From Shinella sp. (GTDB lineage: Bacteria; Pseudomonadota; Alphaproteobacteria; Rhizobiales; Rhizobiaceae): a stretch of DNA of 64,000 bases. The position numbers and the translations under genes were made by a program. Under the pieces are notes generated by a model. It made no database searches and was not told the DNA's origin. It saw nothing but the letters and a program-made list of their open reading frames with translations. The stretch lies in the NCBI GenBank assembly GCA_039812945.1, contig JBDHSZ010000001.1, positions 17,020 through 81,019 on the forward strand. The letters are read 5' to 3'. Of the stretch, positions 1-8,930 are shown one piece after another (positions within the stretch are counted from its first letter, which is position 1; the number at the start of each line of letters is the position of its first letter).

Positions 1-403
1 CGATGGCGATGAGAATGGTGGCGCCCGAGGCATATCCGCCGGCGATGCCGGCGAGAAGCCGCAGCCCCGTGAACTGCCAGACATCGGTCGAAAGCCCCAT
101 CAGCGGCATGATCAGGGCCATGCCGAGGCTGGCGCGGACCAGCATCAGCTTGCGGCCGTAGCGGTCGCCCAGCCTGCCCCACAGCGGCGCGATCAGCCCG
201 GCGGCGAGGAAGTTGGCGCCATAGGCGATGCCCGACCATTGCACGATCGCCGCATGGCCCTTGACGCCCAGTTGCTCGACATAGATCGGCAGGAAGGGCA
301 GGACCAGGGTCATGGCGAAGATGGTGGAGAACGAGCCGAAAAGGCATACGGCGAGATTGCGTCGCCAGTAGCGGTTGTCGTCGGGCGTATCGGCGGCGGT
401 CAT
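1..403 (-). CDS. MFS transporter, MdtG/DHA1-like (5' part; runs off window start)
   Basis: Manual translation from ATG 403: MTAADTPDDNRYWRRNLAVCLFGSFSTIFAMTLVLPFLPIYVEQLG...APLWGRLGDRYGRKLMLVRASLGM; MFS motif A (GRLGDRYGRK); divergent from a MarR gene. Confidence 0.88.
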   Translation of the reverse strand, partial: MTAADTPDDNRYWRRNLAVCLFGSFSTIFAMTLVLPFLPIYVEQLGVKGHAAIVQWSGIAYGANFLAAGLIAPLWGRLGDRYGRKLMLVRASLGMALIMPLMGLSTDVWQFTGLRLLAGIAGGYASGATILIAI

Positions 404-411
404 GTGCTTTC

Positions 412-445
412 AGAATCCCAGATTGGTATACCAATATGGGATTCT
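412..445. promoter_or_regulatory. 34-bp near-perfect palindrome, probable MarR operator
   Basis: AGAATCCCAGATTGGTA|TACCAATATGGGATTCT (one mismatch), immediately upstream of the MFS start in the divergent MFS/MarR spacer. Confidence 0.7.
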
Positions 446-644
446 TATCCTTGCCGGATGACCTCTGTCAACGAGGACGGAGGGCGCGTTCCTTCCTGCC
501 GCCGGCGGATGCGTTCTTCCCGGCGAGCGCTTCGAAAAGGCTGCGAACCGCATCATTGCGCCGGCAATGCGTCAGGCGATGTTTCACCTTCGCGCCCGTT
601 TGTGTATGTTGCGTTTCAGGGACGGATTTCACACGGAGCAGTGG

Positions 645-1103
645 GTGTCGCAGGAAAAAAAGACGTTGAAGAACGAAGATGAAACGACGTCTGCGGTCAG
701 GCTCGCCTTCAAGCTCCGGGACATTCTGGGACGTGGCGCGCGCCGTGTCCGCATCGAGGCAGGGCCTCCCCTCCAGCAACTCACCGTCCTCGGCCACCTC
801 CAGCGACGCGGGGCGTTGAGCACCAACGATCTCGCCGCGGCCGAGCGCGTCCGTCCCCAGTCGATGACGGCGACGGTGAAGGCGCTGGAGAAGGAAGGGC
901 TGGTCGGCCGCCGCCCGCATCCGACGGACGGCCGCCAGATGCTGATCGAGATGACGCCGAAGGGCGTCAAGACGCTCAACGACATCTTCGCGATCCGCGA
1001 GGACTGGCTGGCGACGCTGATCGGCCGCCATCTGAGCGACCGGGACCGTCAGGATCTGGAGCGCGGACTGACGCTCATCAACAGGATCATCGAGACCGAA
1101 TGA
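645..1103 (+). CDS. MarR family transcriptional regulator
   Basis: wHTH ...LSTNDLAAAERVRPQSMTATVKALEKEGLVGRRPHPTDGRQMLIEMTPKG; start placed at GTG 645 after GGAG (ORF track starts at 567). Confidence 0.9.
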   Translation: MSQEKKTLKNEDETTSAVRLAFKLRDILGRGARRVRIEAGPPLQQLTVLGHLQRRGALSTNDLAAAERVRPQSMTATVKALEKEGLVGRRPHPTDGRQMLIEMTPKGVKTLNDIFAIREDWLATLIGRHLSDRDRQDLERGLTLINRIIETE

Positions 1104-1166
1104 AACGCATCCCCGCGGGCAGGCCGCGGGGTCCGGTTCGGGGCACCCGGCCGAGCGCGGGGCGCG

Positions 1167-2168
1167 CTAGGCGGCGTGCCAGCAGGCGACCGCGCGCCCG
1201 TCCCGCGCATGGGGCTCCAGTTGCGGGCGCGCCGCGCAGGCGGAATTGGCGCGGTCGCAGCGCTCGCGATAGCTGCACCCCGTCTCCCGCACCAGCGCGA
1301 GCGGGGCCTGGCCGCGGATGCCGACCATCTCCTGCAGGATGAAGGGATGGGGCGTGGCGGCGATCAGGCCCTGGGTATAGGGATGCGCCGGCGCCCGGAA
1401 GATCTCCCGCGTTGGCCCGGTCTCCACCACCCTGCCGGCATACATGACGGCCGTCCGGTCGGTCATGTGCGCCACGACGCCGAGATCGTGGGTGATCATC
1501 ACCAGTGCGAGGTGAAGCTCGGCCTGCAGGCTGTGCAGCAATGCGAGGATCTCGGACTGGACGGTCACGTCGAGCGCCGTCGTCGGCTCGTCGGCGATGA
1601 TGAGCTCCGGCTCGGCGGCGAGCGCCATGGCGATCACCACCCGTTGCGCCATGCCGCCCGACAATTGCCACGGCCGCTGCGCGGCGATGCGCGCGGGCTC
1701 GTCGATGCGCACCAGCTCGAGCAGTTGCAGGATGCGCGCCCGGACCTGGCCGCCGCGCATGCCCATATGCTTGCGCAGCACTTCCGCGATCTGCGACTCG
1801 ACCGTCATCAGCGGGTTGAGCGCCGTCATCGCATCCTGCGGGATGAGGGCGATGGACCGCCCCCGCAGGCGCCGCGCGTCGCGGGCGCTGAGGACATGTC
1901 CCTTCCACGAGATCGTTCCCCCGGTCACCCGGGCGAATTCGGGCAGCAGGTCGATCACGGCCATGGCCGACATGGTCTTTCCGCAGCCGGATTCGCCGAC
2001 GATACCCAGCGTCTCGCCGGCCCGGACGTGGAAGGAGGCTCCCTGCACGCCGCGCACCGCATCGGGATCGGAGGCCTCGCCGAAGGTGACCTGGAGGCCC
2101 TCCACCTCGAGCAGGGTGTCGCCGGCGGCGGTCGGCTTGCGATCGGCGGTCAGCATGTCTGTCTGCAT
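1167..2168 (-). CDS. Dpp/Opp-type ABC transporter ATP-binding protein (DppD-like)
   Basis: Walker A GESGCGKT, LSGGMAQR, IIADEPTTALD, C-terminal HPYT/Cys motif. Confidence 0.93.
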   Translation of the reverse strand: MQTDMLTADRKPTAAGDTLLEVEGLQVTFGEASDPDAVRGVQGASFHVRAGETLGIVGESGCGKTMSAMAVIDLLPEFARVTGGTISWKGHVLSARDARRLRGRSIALIPQDAMTALNPLMTVESQIAEVLRKHMGMRGGQVRARILQLLELVRIDEPARIAAQRPWQLSGGMAQRVVIAMALAAEPELIIADEPTTALDVTVQSEILALLHSLQAELHLALVMITHDLGVVAHMTDRTAVMYAGRVVETGPTREIFRAPAHPYTQGLIAATPHPFILQEMVGIRGQAPLALVRETGCSYRERCDRANSACAARPQLEPHARDGRAVACWHAA

Positions 2169-2244
2169 TTCTCTCTCCCGTATTCCTTCGGATCGGCGTC
2201 TTTCCGGCGCGGCAGGATGCCGGAAAGGCTGCAGCTTCCAGTTT

Positions 2245-3165
2245 CTACGCGACCGTGGCGACCTCTTCCGGGCGCTCCCGCTCGGTGTTCTGGCGCGGAT
2301 CGAGCCAGACGCGGAACGCGCTGCCGATCAGGTTGGCGGCAAGCACGGTCAGAACGATGGCGAGGCCGGGGAAGAAGACGCTCCACCAGGCATCCTCCAG
2401 ATAATCGTGGCTTTCGGCGATCATCAGGCCCCAGGAGGCGGCCGGCGGCTGCACGCCCAGCCCGAGGAACGACAGGCCGGATTCGGCAAGCACCACCGCG
2501 GCGAATTCGAGCATGGCCTGCGTCAGGATGATCGGCGCGACCGCGGGCAGGATATGGCGGGCGACGATCGTCGACGTCGAGCAGCCGGCGAAATGCGCCG
2601 CGCGCACGAACAGGCTGGTCTTCGCGGTCATCACGGCCGACCGGACCACGGTGGCGAAGACCATCCAGTAGACGGCGGCGAGGACCACGACGAGGATCGT
2701 CACGCTCGCCTCGAAGAAATAGACGACGGCGACGATCAGCAGCAGGTTGGGAAAGGCGAACTGGATCTCCACCAGACGCATCACGAAGGCGTCCCACTTC
2801 CCGCCGAAATAGCCCGCAAGCACCCCCATGGCCGTTCCGACCGTCCCGGAGATCAGCACCGCGCCGACGCCGATGACGATGGAATTGTAGGCGCCGAGGA
2901 TGGTGCGCATCAGGACGTCGCGGCCAAGGCCGTCGGTGCCGAAGGGATGCGCCCAGGAGGGCGCGAGCAGCCGCTCGGCGATCCGCGCGCTGGAGGCGTC
3001 GACGCCTGCCAGCATGGCGAGCGTCGTCGCGACGACGAGGGCGACGAGAAAGACGATCGACGCCAGAACGACCTTGTCCTTGACCACCTTCCTGAGAAGC
3101 CGGCTGCGCGATTTTCGCGCGGAAGCGGCCCGGGCGGAGCCCGGCTGTCTCGACGGTTCGGTCAT
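2245..3165 (-). CDS. Dpp/Opp-type ABC permease (DppC-like)
   Basis: HPFGTDGLGRDV, ESGLSFLGLGVQPP; start MTEPS overlaps the upstream stop (ATGA). Confidence 0.92.
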   Translation of the reverse strand: MTEPSRQPGSARAASARKSRSRLLRKVVKDKVVLASIVFLVALVVATTLAMLAGVDASSARIAERLLAPSWAHPFGTDGLGRDVLMRTILGAYNSIVIGVGAVLISGTVGTAMGVLAGYFGGKWDAFVMRLVEIQFAFPNLLLIVAVVYFFEASVTILVVVLAAVYWMVFATVVRSAVMTAKTSLFVRAAHFAGCSTSTIVARHILPAVAPIILTQAMLEFAAVVLAESGLSFLGLGVQPPAASWGLMIAESHDYLEDAWWSVFFPGLAIVLTVLAANLIGSAFRVWLDPRQNTERERPEEVATVA

Positions 3166-4181
3166 CTGGACGCCCTCCTCGGCTCGATGATGCGCGCAAG
3201 CATGTCGGTCACGATATTGACGACGACGATGACGACGGCGCCGACGAAAACGCAGGCCTGGAGCTGCGTGAAATCCTGGCGCTTGACGGATTCGATCACC
3301 AGGCGGCCGAAGCCGGGCCGGGCGAAAAGCACCTCGACGATCACCGCATGGCCGGTGATCATGCGCGCGGAATCCCACGAGATGATCGTCAGGATCGGCA
3401 GCAGCGCGTTGCGCAGGACATGCTTTCGCAGCACATAGGCGGTGGAGAAGCCCTTGGCCTTGGCCATCGTCACATAGGGCATCCTGCCCTGGTCGAGGAA
3501 GGACGTCCGCGTCACCTGCGCAAGACGCCCCCCGAGCGACAGGGACAGGGTCACCGCCGGCAGGATCGCGTGGCTCAGCGAGCCCGCGCCCGATGTCGGG
3601 AACCAGCCGAGCCCGACCGAGAAGACGAGGACCAGCATCGCCCCCAGCCAGAACTGCGGCACCGACAGCCCGGCGAGCGACACGCCGGTCACCAGCCGGT
3701 CGGCGAGGCTTCCCGGCCGCGTGCTCGCCAGCACGCCCATCGGCACGAAGACGGCGATGCTGATCGCAAGGGCGATCGCCAGCAGCGCGAGCGTCGACGG
3801 CAGCCGGCCCAGCGCCACTTCGAGCGACGGCAGGTGATACCAGATCGACTCGCCCAGATTGAGCGTGGCAAGGTCGCGCAGGAAGTGAAGGTACTGGACA
3901 TAGAGCGGGTCGCTCAGCCCGAGGCTGGCATTGAGGGCGTCGATCTGCTCCTGGCTCGCCCCGAGCGGCAGCATCCGCCGCGCCGGGTCGGAGATGAGCC
4001 GGGTGACGAGGAACACCGCCGTCATGACGACGGCGACGGCGACGACACTGGTCAAAAGCCGCCCGCCCAGCCAGGAGAGCGCCGACATGTCGAGCCAGCC
4101 CGGCATCCGGTCCGAGCGTCGGCGGGGCTTGGCCAGCCCCGCCCGCGGATTGGTGGACGTCATCTCATTCGACATGGACAC
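3162..4181 (-). CDS. Dpp/Opp-type ABC permease (DppB-like)
   Basis: YVTMAKAKG...KHVLRNALLP, IVEVLFARPGFG; exact start uncertain. Confidence 0.9.
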   Translation of the reverse strand: MSMSNEMTSTNPRAGLAKPRRRSDRMPGWLDMSALSWLGGRLLTSVVAVAVVMTAVFLVTRLISDPARRMLPLGASQEQIDALNASLGLSDPLYVQYLHFLRDLATLNLGESIWYHLPSLEVALGRLPSTLALLAIALAISIAVFVPMGVLASTRPGSLADRLVTGVSLAGLSVPQFWLGAMLVLVFSVGLGWFPTSGAGSLSHAILPAVTLSLSLGGRLAQVTRTSFLDQGRMPYVTMAKAKGFSTAYVLRKHVLRNALLPILTIISWDSARMITGHAVIVEVLFARPGFGRLVIESVKRQDFTQLQACVFVGAVVIVVVNIVTDMLARIIEPRRASR

Positions 4182-5745
4182 GGTCCAGGTGAAGGCGGGT
4201 GATGACGCCCGGCCCGGCCTCGTAGCTCACGCCCTCGACGGCGCCCCAGATGTCGGGATAGTCGATCAGCGGGATATAGAGCGCCTCATCGCAGCCGATC
4301 TTGTAGACCTGCTCGAAGGCGGCCGTGGCGGCCGGCACGTCGAACGACCCCTGGCCGGTCGCCAGCGCGGAATCGATCTCCGGATAGGTCGTTCCGAGCG
4401 ACGACATCTTGTTGGCGCGCTGGAAGATGCGGCTGGTGATGCGCGCGGCATACATGCTGTGATAGTCGAGCTGCACATAGGTCAGCGGCGCCGGGCTGTC
4501 GGGCGTGGTCTTCCCGCCGCCGGCGAGGATGTCGTCCAGCCACTTGTCGCTCGACACGTATTCGATCCTGGTCTTGAGGCCGATCGCCTCCCAGTCCGCC
4601 GCGATGGCCTGGCCGGTCTCGCTGTCCTTGGGCAGGTAGCCGCCGGTGGTGAAGATCGCCCGGATGACGAAGTCCTTGGGCAGGTCGACCTGCGCGAGCA
4701 GCTCCTTCGCCTTTTCCGGATCGTAGGAATAGGCCGCAAGGCTGGCGTTGAAGCCGACCTCGCCGGGCGGAAGCATCTGGCAGGCCTGCACCGAGCCCTG
4801 GCCGGCCCACAGATACTGATTGAGGGCGTCGCGGTTGATCGCATGGATCAGCGCCTGCCGGAACGCCTTGTTGTCATAGGGCGGCGTGGTGAGGTTGATG
4901 CGCAGATAGGTCCCGTTCGCGGCGTTCGACGAGGTGATCACCTTCGGGACCTTGCGGCTGTCCTCCGGCGTCAGCGAGGACACCATGTCGACCTCGCCGG
5001 CCTTCAGCGCGGAGATGCGCGTTGCGGCTTCCGGGATGAAGACGAAGGAGACGCGGTCGAGTTGCGCCTTGTCGCCGCCCCAGTAGTCCGCGTTCTTCTC
5101 CAGGATGATCCGCTGGCCCTTGTCCCAGCGCACGAACTTGTAGGGGCCGGTGCCGATCGGATGCTGGGAATAGGCGGTGGCGTCCTTCGAGGCTTCCGGC
5201 GGGACGAAACGCAGCGTCGAGATCCGGTAGAGCAGCCACGGGTCGGGCTCCTTGGTGACGATGTCGAGCGTGTGGTCGTCGATCACGTTGACCGTCTTCA
5301 GCGTCTCGATGCCGTTGATCGAGGCGCCGAAGTCCGGATTGGCGACGAGATCGACATTGTGCTTCACGGCGGCGGCATCGAAGGGCTCGCCATTGGTGAA
5401 GCGGATGCCCTCGCGCAGCTTGACGTGCCAGATCGTCGGGTCCTTCGCGTCGGCGACGGGCATCTCGGCGGCAAGGACAGGGACCAGCGCGCCGGTGGCG
5501 TCGCGGTCGACCAGCGGCTCGTTGATGCTCCAGTTGACCAGCGTGTTGCCGTCGTCGCCGTCACGGATGATGAAGAGGCTTCCGGGCTCCAGCGCCGAGG
5601 CGATGGCAAGACATGTCTCCCCCTCGCCGCCGCCCATGGCCGCGCATTCCGCGGCCTTTGCGGCGCCGCCCGTCGTCATGACGGCGGCGGCCAGCGCCCC
5701 GCTCATCCAGCTTGCCGCCAGAAGGCCATTCCTATGCTTTCCCAT
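4165..5745 (-). CDS. ABC transporter substrate-binding protein, family 5 (peptide/nickel)
   Basis: Signal peptide, LREGIRFTNGEPFDA, PIGTGPYKF. Confidence 0.92.
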   Translation of the reverse strand: MGKHRNGLLAASWMSGALAAAVMTTGGAAKAAECAAMGGGEGETCLAIASALEPGSLFIIRDGDDGNTLVNWSINEPLVDRDATGALVPVLAAEMPVADAKDPTIWHVKLREGIRFTNGEPFDAAAVKHNVDLVANPDFGASINGIETLKTVNVIDDHTLDIVTKEPDPWLLYRISTLRFVPPEASKDATAYSQHPIGTGPYKFVRWDKGQRIILEKNADYWGGDKAQLDRVSFVFIPEAATRISALKAGEVDMVSSLTPEDSRKVPKVITSSNAANGTYLRINLTTPPYDNKAFRQALIHAINRDALNQYLWAGQGSVQACQMLPPGEVGFNASLAAYSYDPEKAKELLAQVDLPKDFVIRAIFTTGGYLPKDSETGQAIAADWEAIGLKTRIEYVSSDKWLDDILAGGGKTTPDSPAPLTYVQLDYHSMYAARITSRIFQRANKMSSLGTTYPEIDSALATGQGSFDVPAATAAFEQVYKIGCDEALYIPLIDYPDIWGAVEGVSYEAGPGVITRLHLDRVHVE

Positions 5746-5773
5746 GTGTCATCCTCCTCATTCAACGTTGTGT

Positions 5774-6802
5774 CTATCGTTTGTCGGGATCGATCGAGTC
5801 CGAATGCCAGCAGGCAACCCACTGGGCGTCCGCCTTCTTCTCGAGCGGGGGAACCTGCGTCCGGCAGATATTGGTGACGAAGGCGCAGCGGTCGCTGAAC
5901 GGACAGCCGGCGACGAGCGCCCGGCGCGAGCTGCGCGCCCTGCCGACATTGAAGCTGAACGGCGCATCCGGGTCCGGCACCGGGATCGCGTCGATCAGGG
6001 AGCGGGAGTAAGGATGCAAGGGCCGCGAGAACAGGGCCTCGGTCGCGCCGCGCTCCACCACCTTGCCGGAAAGCAGCACGACGACCTCGTCGGCCACCTG
6101 GCGCACGACCGCCAGATTGTGGGAGATGAACAGGTAGGAAACCCCGACCTCTTCCTTGAGCTTGCGCAGCAGCGCGAGGATCTGCGCCTGCACGGAGACG
6201 TCGAGCGCGCTGGTCGGCTCGTCGGCAACCACCAGCTTCGGACGCAATGCGAGCGCCCGGGCGATGGCGACGCGTTGGCGCTGTCCGCCGCTCAGGGCAT
6301 CGGGAAAGCGGTCGAGCAACCCGGCCGGCAGGCCGCACTGGCCGGCGAGCTTCTCGATCTCCGCGTCGCGCTCACCGGGCCTTGGATACATGTCGTGGGC
6401 CTTCATCGGCTCGGCGATGATGTCCCGGATCCGCATGCGCGGGCTGAGCGAGGCATAGGGGTCCTGGTTGATCATCTGGACCTGACGGCGATAGGCCTTC
6501 AACTGAGCGGGATTGAACGCCTCGATGTCCCGCGACTCGAAGCGGATCGCGCCCGTCGCGGCGGGATAATGCCGCATCACCGCAAGGCCGAGGGTCGACT
6601 TGCCGGAGCCGGACTCGCCCACCAGCGCCACCGTCCGGGCGGCGCCGACATCGAGCGACACCCTGTCGACCGCCACGAGGCCGCCTCCGCCGCGGCTCGC
6701 GCCGAACGTGATCGAGACGTCGTCGATCTCGAGGATCGGCCGGCCCGACGGCTCCGGCGCGGCGGCGCTTTCCGGCGCGAGGAGAGTGGAATCAAGCGCC
6801 AT
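5774..6802 (-). CDS. Dpp/Opp-type ABC transporter ATP-binding protein (DppF-like)
   Basis: [34 protein letters not shown]; start MALDS at 6802. Confidence 0.9.
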   Translation of the reverse strand: MALDSTLLAPESAAAPEPSGRPILEIDDVSITFGASRGGGGLVAVDRVSLDVGAARTVALVGESGSGKSTLGLAVMRHYPAATGAIRFESRDIEAFNPAQLKAYRRQVQMINQDPYASLSPRMRIRDIIAEPMKAHDMYPRPGERDAEIEKLAGQCGLPAGLLDRFPDALSGGQRQRVAIARALALRPKLVVADEPTSALDVSVQAQILALLRKLKEEVGVSYLFISHNLAVVRQVADEVVVLLSGKVVERGATEALFSRPLHPYSRSLIDAIPVPDPDAPFSFNVGRARSSRRALVAGCPFSDRCAFVTNICRTQVPPLEKKADAQWVACWHSDSIDPDKR

Positions 6803-6929
6803 GGCGGCCGGCCATCGTGCGAGCGTCGGGCAGCCGGCCTGCAAGGTCCGGACAGAGACCGCGGGCGCGCGATCGCGCGCCGTCCAAAGCGCTGCCGGGG
6901 CGCGTCTGCCGCGCGCTGAAGTTCCTCAT
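6792..6929 (-). CDS. Putative 45-aa small ORF / leader peptide
   Basis: Strong RBS GGGAGGAG 3 nt before ATG 6929; [45 protein letters not shown]; stop overlaps the first codons of the ATPase gene. Confidence 0.35.
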   Translation of the reverse strand: MRNFSARQTRPGSALDGARSRARGLCPDLAGRLPDARTMAGRHGA

Positions 6930-7067
6930 GTGCTCCTCCCTGTCGCCGCAATCGAATTGCGGCGCGCCAACTTACGGATTACCTATGGCTCATTCATTCC
7001 CGGATCGGAGCCCGTCCTACACAAGCAGGCGTTGCGACTTCCGACCGGATCCCCTTTTGGTATATGA

Positions 7068-7112
7068 TCAGTTATACTAATCAGTTTACCTGTATATTTT
7101 GCCTTTTGTCAA
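7068..7112 (-). promoter_or_regulatory. Promoter/operator of the ABC operon (TTGACA plus TCAG-N5-CTGN boxes)
   Basis: TCAGTTATACTAA-TCAGTTTACCTGTATATTT...TGTCAA; nearly identical to 12642-12697. Confidence 0.7.
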
Positions 7113-7144
7113 TTGCTTTTTCAAGGGCGGCGGCCGCCGGCAGG

Positions 7145-8128
7145 TTACCCGCGCTCCGGCCGGGGCGCGAATTTTCGCAGGCAGCGCTGCGGCAATGCCG
7201 TCCCGCCGGTATATCTGGCAAAGGAATCGGGCACTTCCGCGATATAGACCGCCCCGGTGGAATCGACCGCCAGCGCATGGGGAGCGCGGAACTCGTATTC
7301 CGGCCACGCCAGTTGCGCGAGGATCGCGCCCTCGCCGGAGCGTATCGTCACCCGTCCGGGCAGGTATTTTCGCGCCGGGCCGAGGCGCCATGATTTCAGG
7401 TCGGCCGGCCCTCGCGGCAACTCGCCGACATAGAGGCGGCCGTCGCGACCGATCGCGATGTCGGTCGGCCGCTGGACGTCGTTCCAGACCGCCAGCAGGT
7501 CCCCTTCCGGCGAGAAGAGCTGGATCCTGTCGTTCTCGCGGTCGCAGACCAGGATGCGGCCCCTGCCGTCGACGGCGACGCTGTGCGGGATGACGAAGCA
7601 GCCGGGTTCGGCGCCGAAGCCGCCCCAGGACCGTTCGAGCGCTCCCTCGGGCGAGAAGCGGTGCACGCGGCAATTCCGGTAGCCGTCGCTGACGAACAGC
7701 CTTCCGTCCGCCGCGACGACCGCCTTGGTCGGCCGGTTGAACGGCGGGCCGCCGCGGACCGCGTCGAGCACGATGCTTGCGCTCCATGCCCCCGTCGCGT
7801 CAAGGCCCGTCGCCGAAGGCACGCCGCTGCCGAGCGTTCGCAGCAGGCGGCCGTCCGGCTCGAAGACATGGATCCGGTGCGCGCCGTCGTCGGCGATATG
7901 GATCCGCCCGTCGCGGCCGATGGAGATCTGGTGCGGCCGGTGCGAGAGGCAGGCATGGCCCCAGCGGTCGAGGACGCGCCCCTCCGGGCTGAGCACGGTG
8001 ACCGCGCCCTCGCCGCGCCGAAGCGCGTAGACGCGGTCGCGCGCGTCGACCGCGACGCCGGTGACGTCGTCCGCCCAGGTGTCGTCGCCCCAGCCGCCGA
8101 CCTCCTGGTAGCGCAGGGCCGCCGTCAT
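7145..8128 (-). CDS. NHL-repeat beta-propeller, peptidyl-alpha-hydroxyglycine alpha-amidating lyase (PAL)-like
   Basis: NHL repeats with RPHQI, SDGYRNCRV, IPHSV, DRENDRIQ, APHAL motifs; ATGA coupling to the VOC gene. Confidence 0.85.
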   Translation of the reverse strand: MTAALRYQEVGGWGDDTWADDVTGVAVDARDRVYALRRGEGAVTVLSPEGRVLDRWGHACLSHRPHQISIGRDGRIHIADDGAHRIHVFEPDGRLLRTLGSGVPSATGLDATGAWSASIVLDAVRGGPPFNRPTKAVVAADGRLFVSDGYRNCRVHRFSPEGALERSWGGFGAEPGCFVIPHSVAVDGRGRILVCDRENDRIQLFSPEGDLLAVWNDVQRPTDIAIGRDGRLYVGELPRGPADLKSWRLGPARKYLPGRVTIRSGEGAILAQLAWPEYEFRAPHALAVDSTGAVYIAEVPDSFARYTGGTALPQRCLRKFAPRPERG

Positions 8129-8901
8129 CCGGCGCACGCGCCCACCCAGCGCGGCGCAAGGGCCGCGCCGTCGCCCGGCCCGTCGTCGACAAGCGCGCCG
8201 ACCGGCTCGCGGTCGATGAACCAGTCCGAGAAATCATAGGATCGCCAGGCCGGATCGCCACTGTCGAAGGAGGAGATCTCCAGCGGGTTGCCGCTCGGAT
8301 CGGAGAAATAGATCGACGAGATGAAGCGGTGCCTGTTGTTCTCGCCGCGCCGCTCGGAGACCTCGGAGACCGCCACGCCGTTCGAATGGAGATGGTCGCG
8401 GAACCAGACGACGTCGGCATGCGCGCGCACGTCGAAGGCGAGATGGTCGACCTTCTGCGGCACGCGCGGCTGGCTCCACCGCTCCTTGTCGGCGGACGGC
8501 CACAGGACGGAGCTGATCGGCGCGTCGGGGCGCTGCTCGACGACGGGCGCCTCGTAGAGCGAGAAGAGCTCGCCATTGCCCATTTCGAAGAAGACCTGGC
8601 GGACCTCGATCTCCACCGCGACCGCCGAAGCCTCCGGCTCGGAGCCGACGGCCTGGCCGCTGGAATGGTGGGCGCTCGCGCGCAGCCCCTGCCCGGTCGT
8701 GACGAAGCGCTGCGTGCGCACGACGCGAAGGCCGAGCAGATCGCGGTAGAACCGCACGCCCTCGTCCATGTCGCGGGCGAAGAGGACCAGATGATTGATG
8801 CCGCTGATCCGCCCGACGGCCGGACCGGCCTCCTGCAATATCCGCCGGTGGCGGGGCACGGTTTCGGATGCGCTGCCGTTATCGGTCGGTCTCGTGGTCA
8901 T
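8125..8901 (-). CDS. VOC (glyoxalase/bleomycin resistance/dioxygenase) family protein
   Basis: GINHLVLFARDMDEGVRFYRDLLG, VDHLAFDV, SIYFSDPSGNPLE; RBS GGGGAGGAG before ATG 8901. Confidence 0.88.
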   Translation of the reverse strand: MTTRPTDNGSASETVPRHRRILQEAGPAVGRISGINHLVLFARDMDEGVRFYRDLLGLRVVRTQRFVTTGQGLRASAHHSSGQAVGSEPEASAVAVEIEVRQVFFEMGNGELFSLYEAPVVEQRPDAPISSVLWPSADKERWSQPRVPQKVDHLAFDVRAHADVVWFRDHLHSNGVAVSEVSERRGENNRHRFISSIYFSDPSGNPLEISSFDSGDPAWRSYDFSDWFIDREPVGALVDDGPGDGAALAPRWVGACAG

Positions 8902-8930
8902 CGGTGTCTCCTCCCCTTGAAATGGAATGC

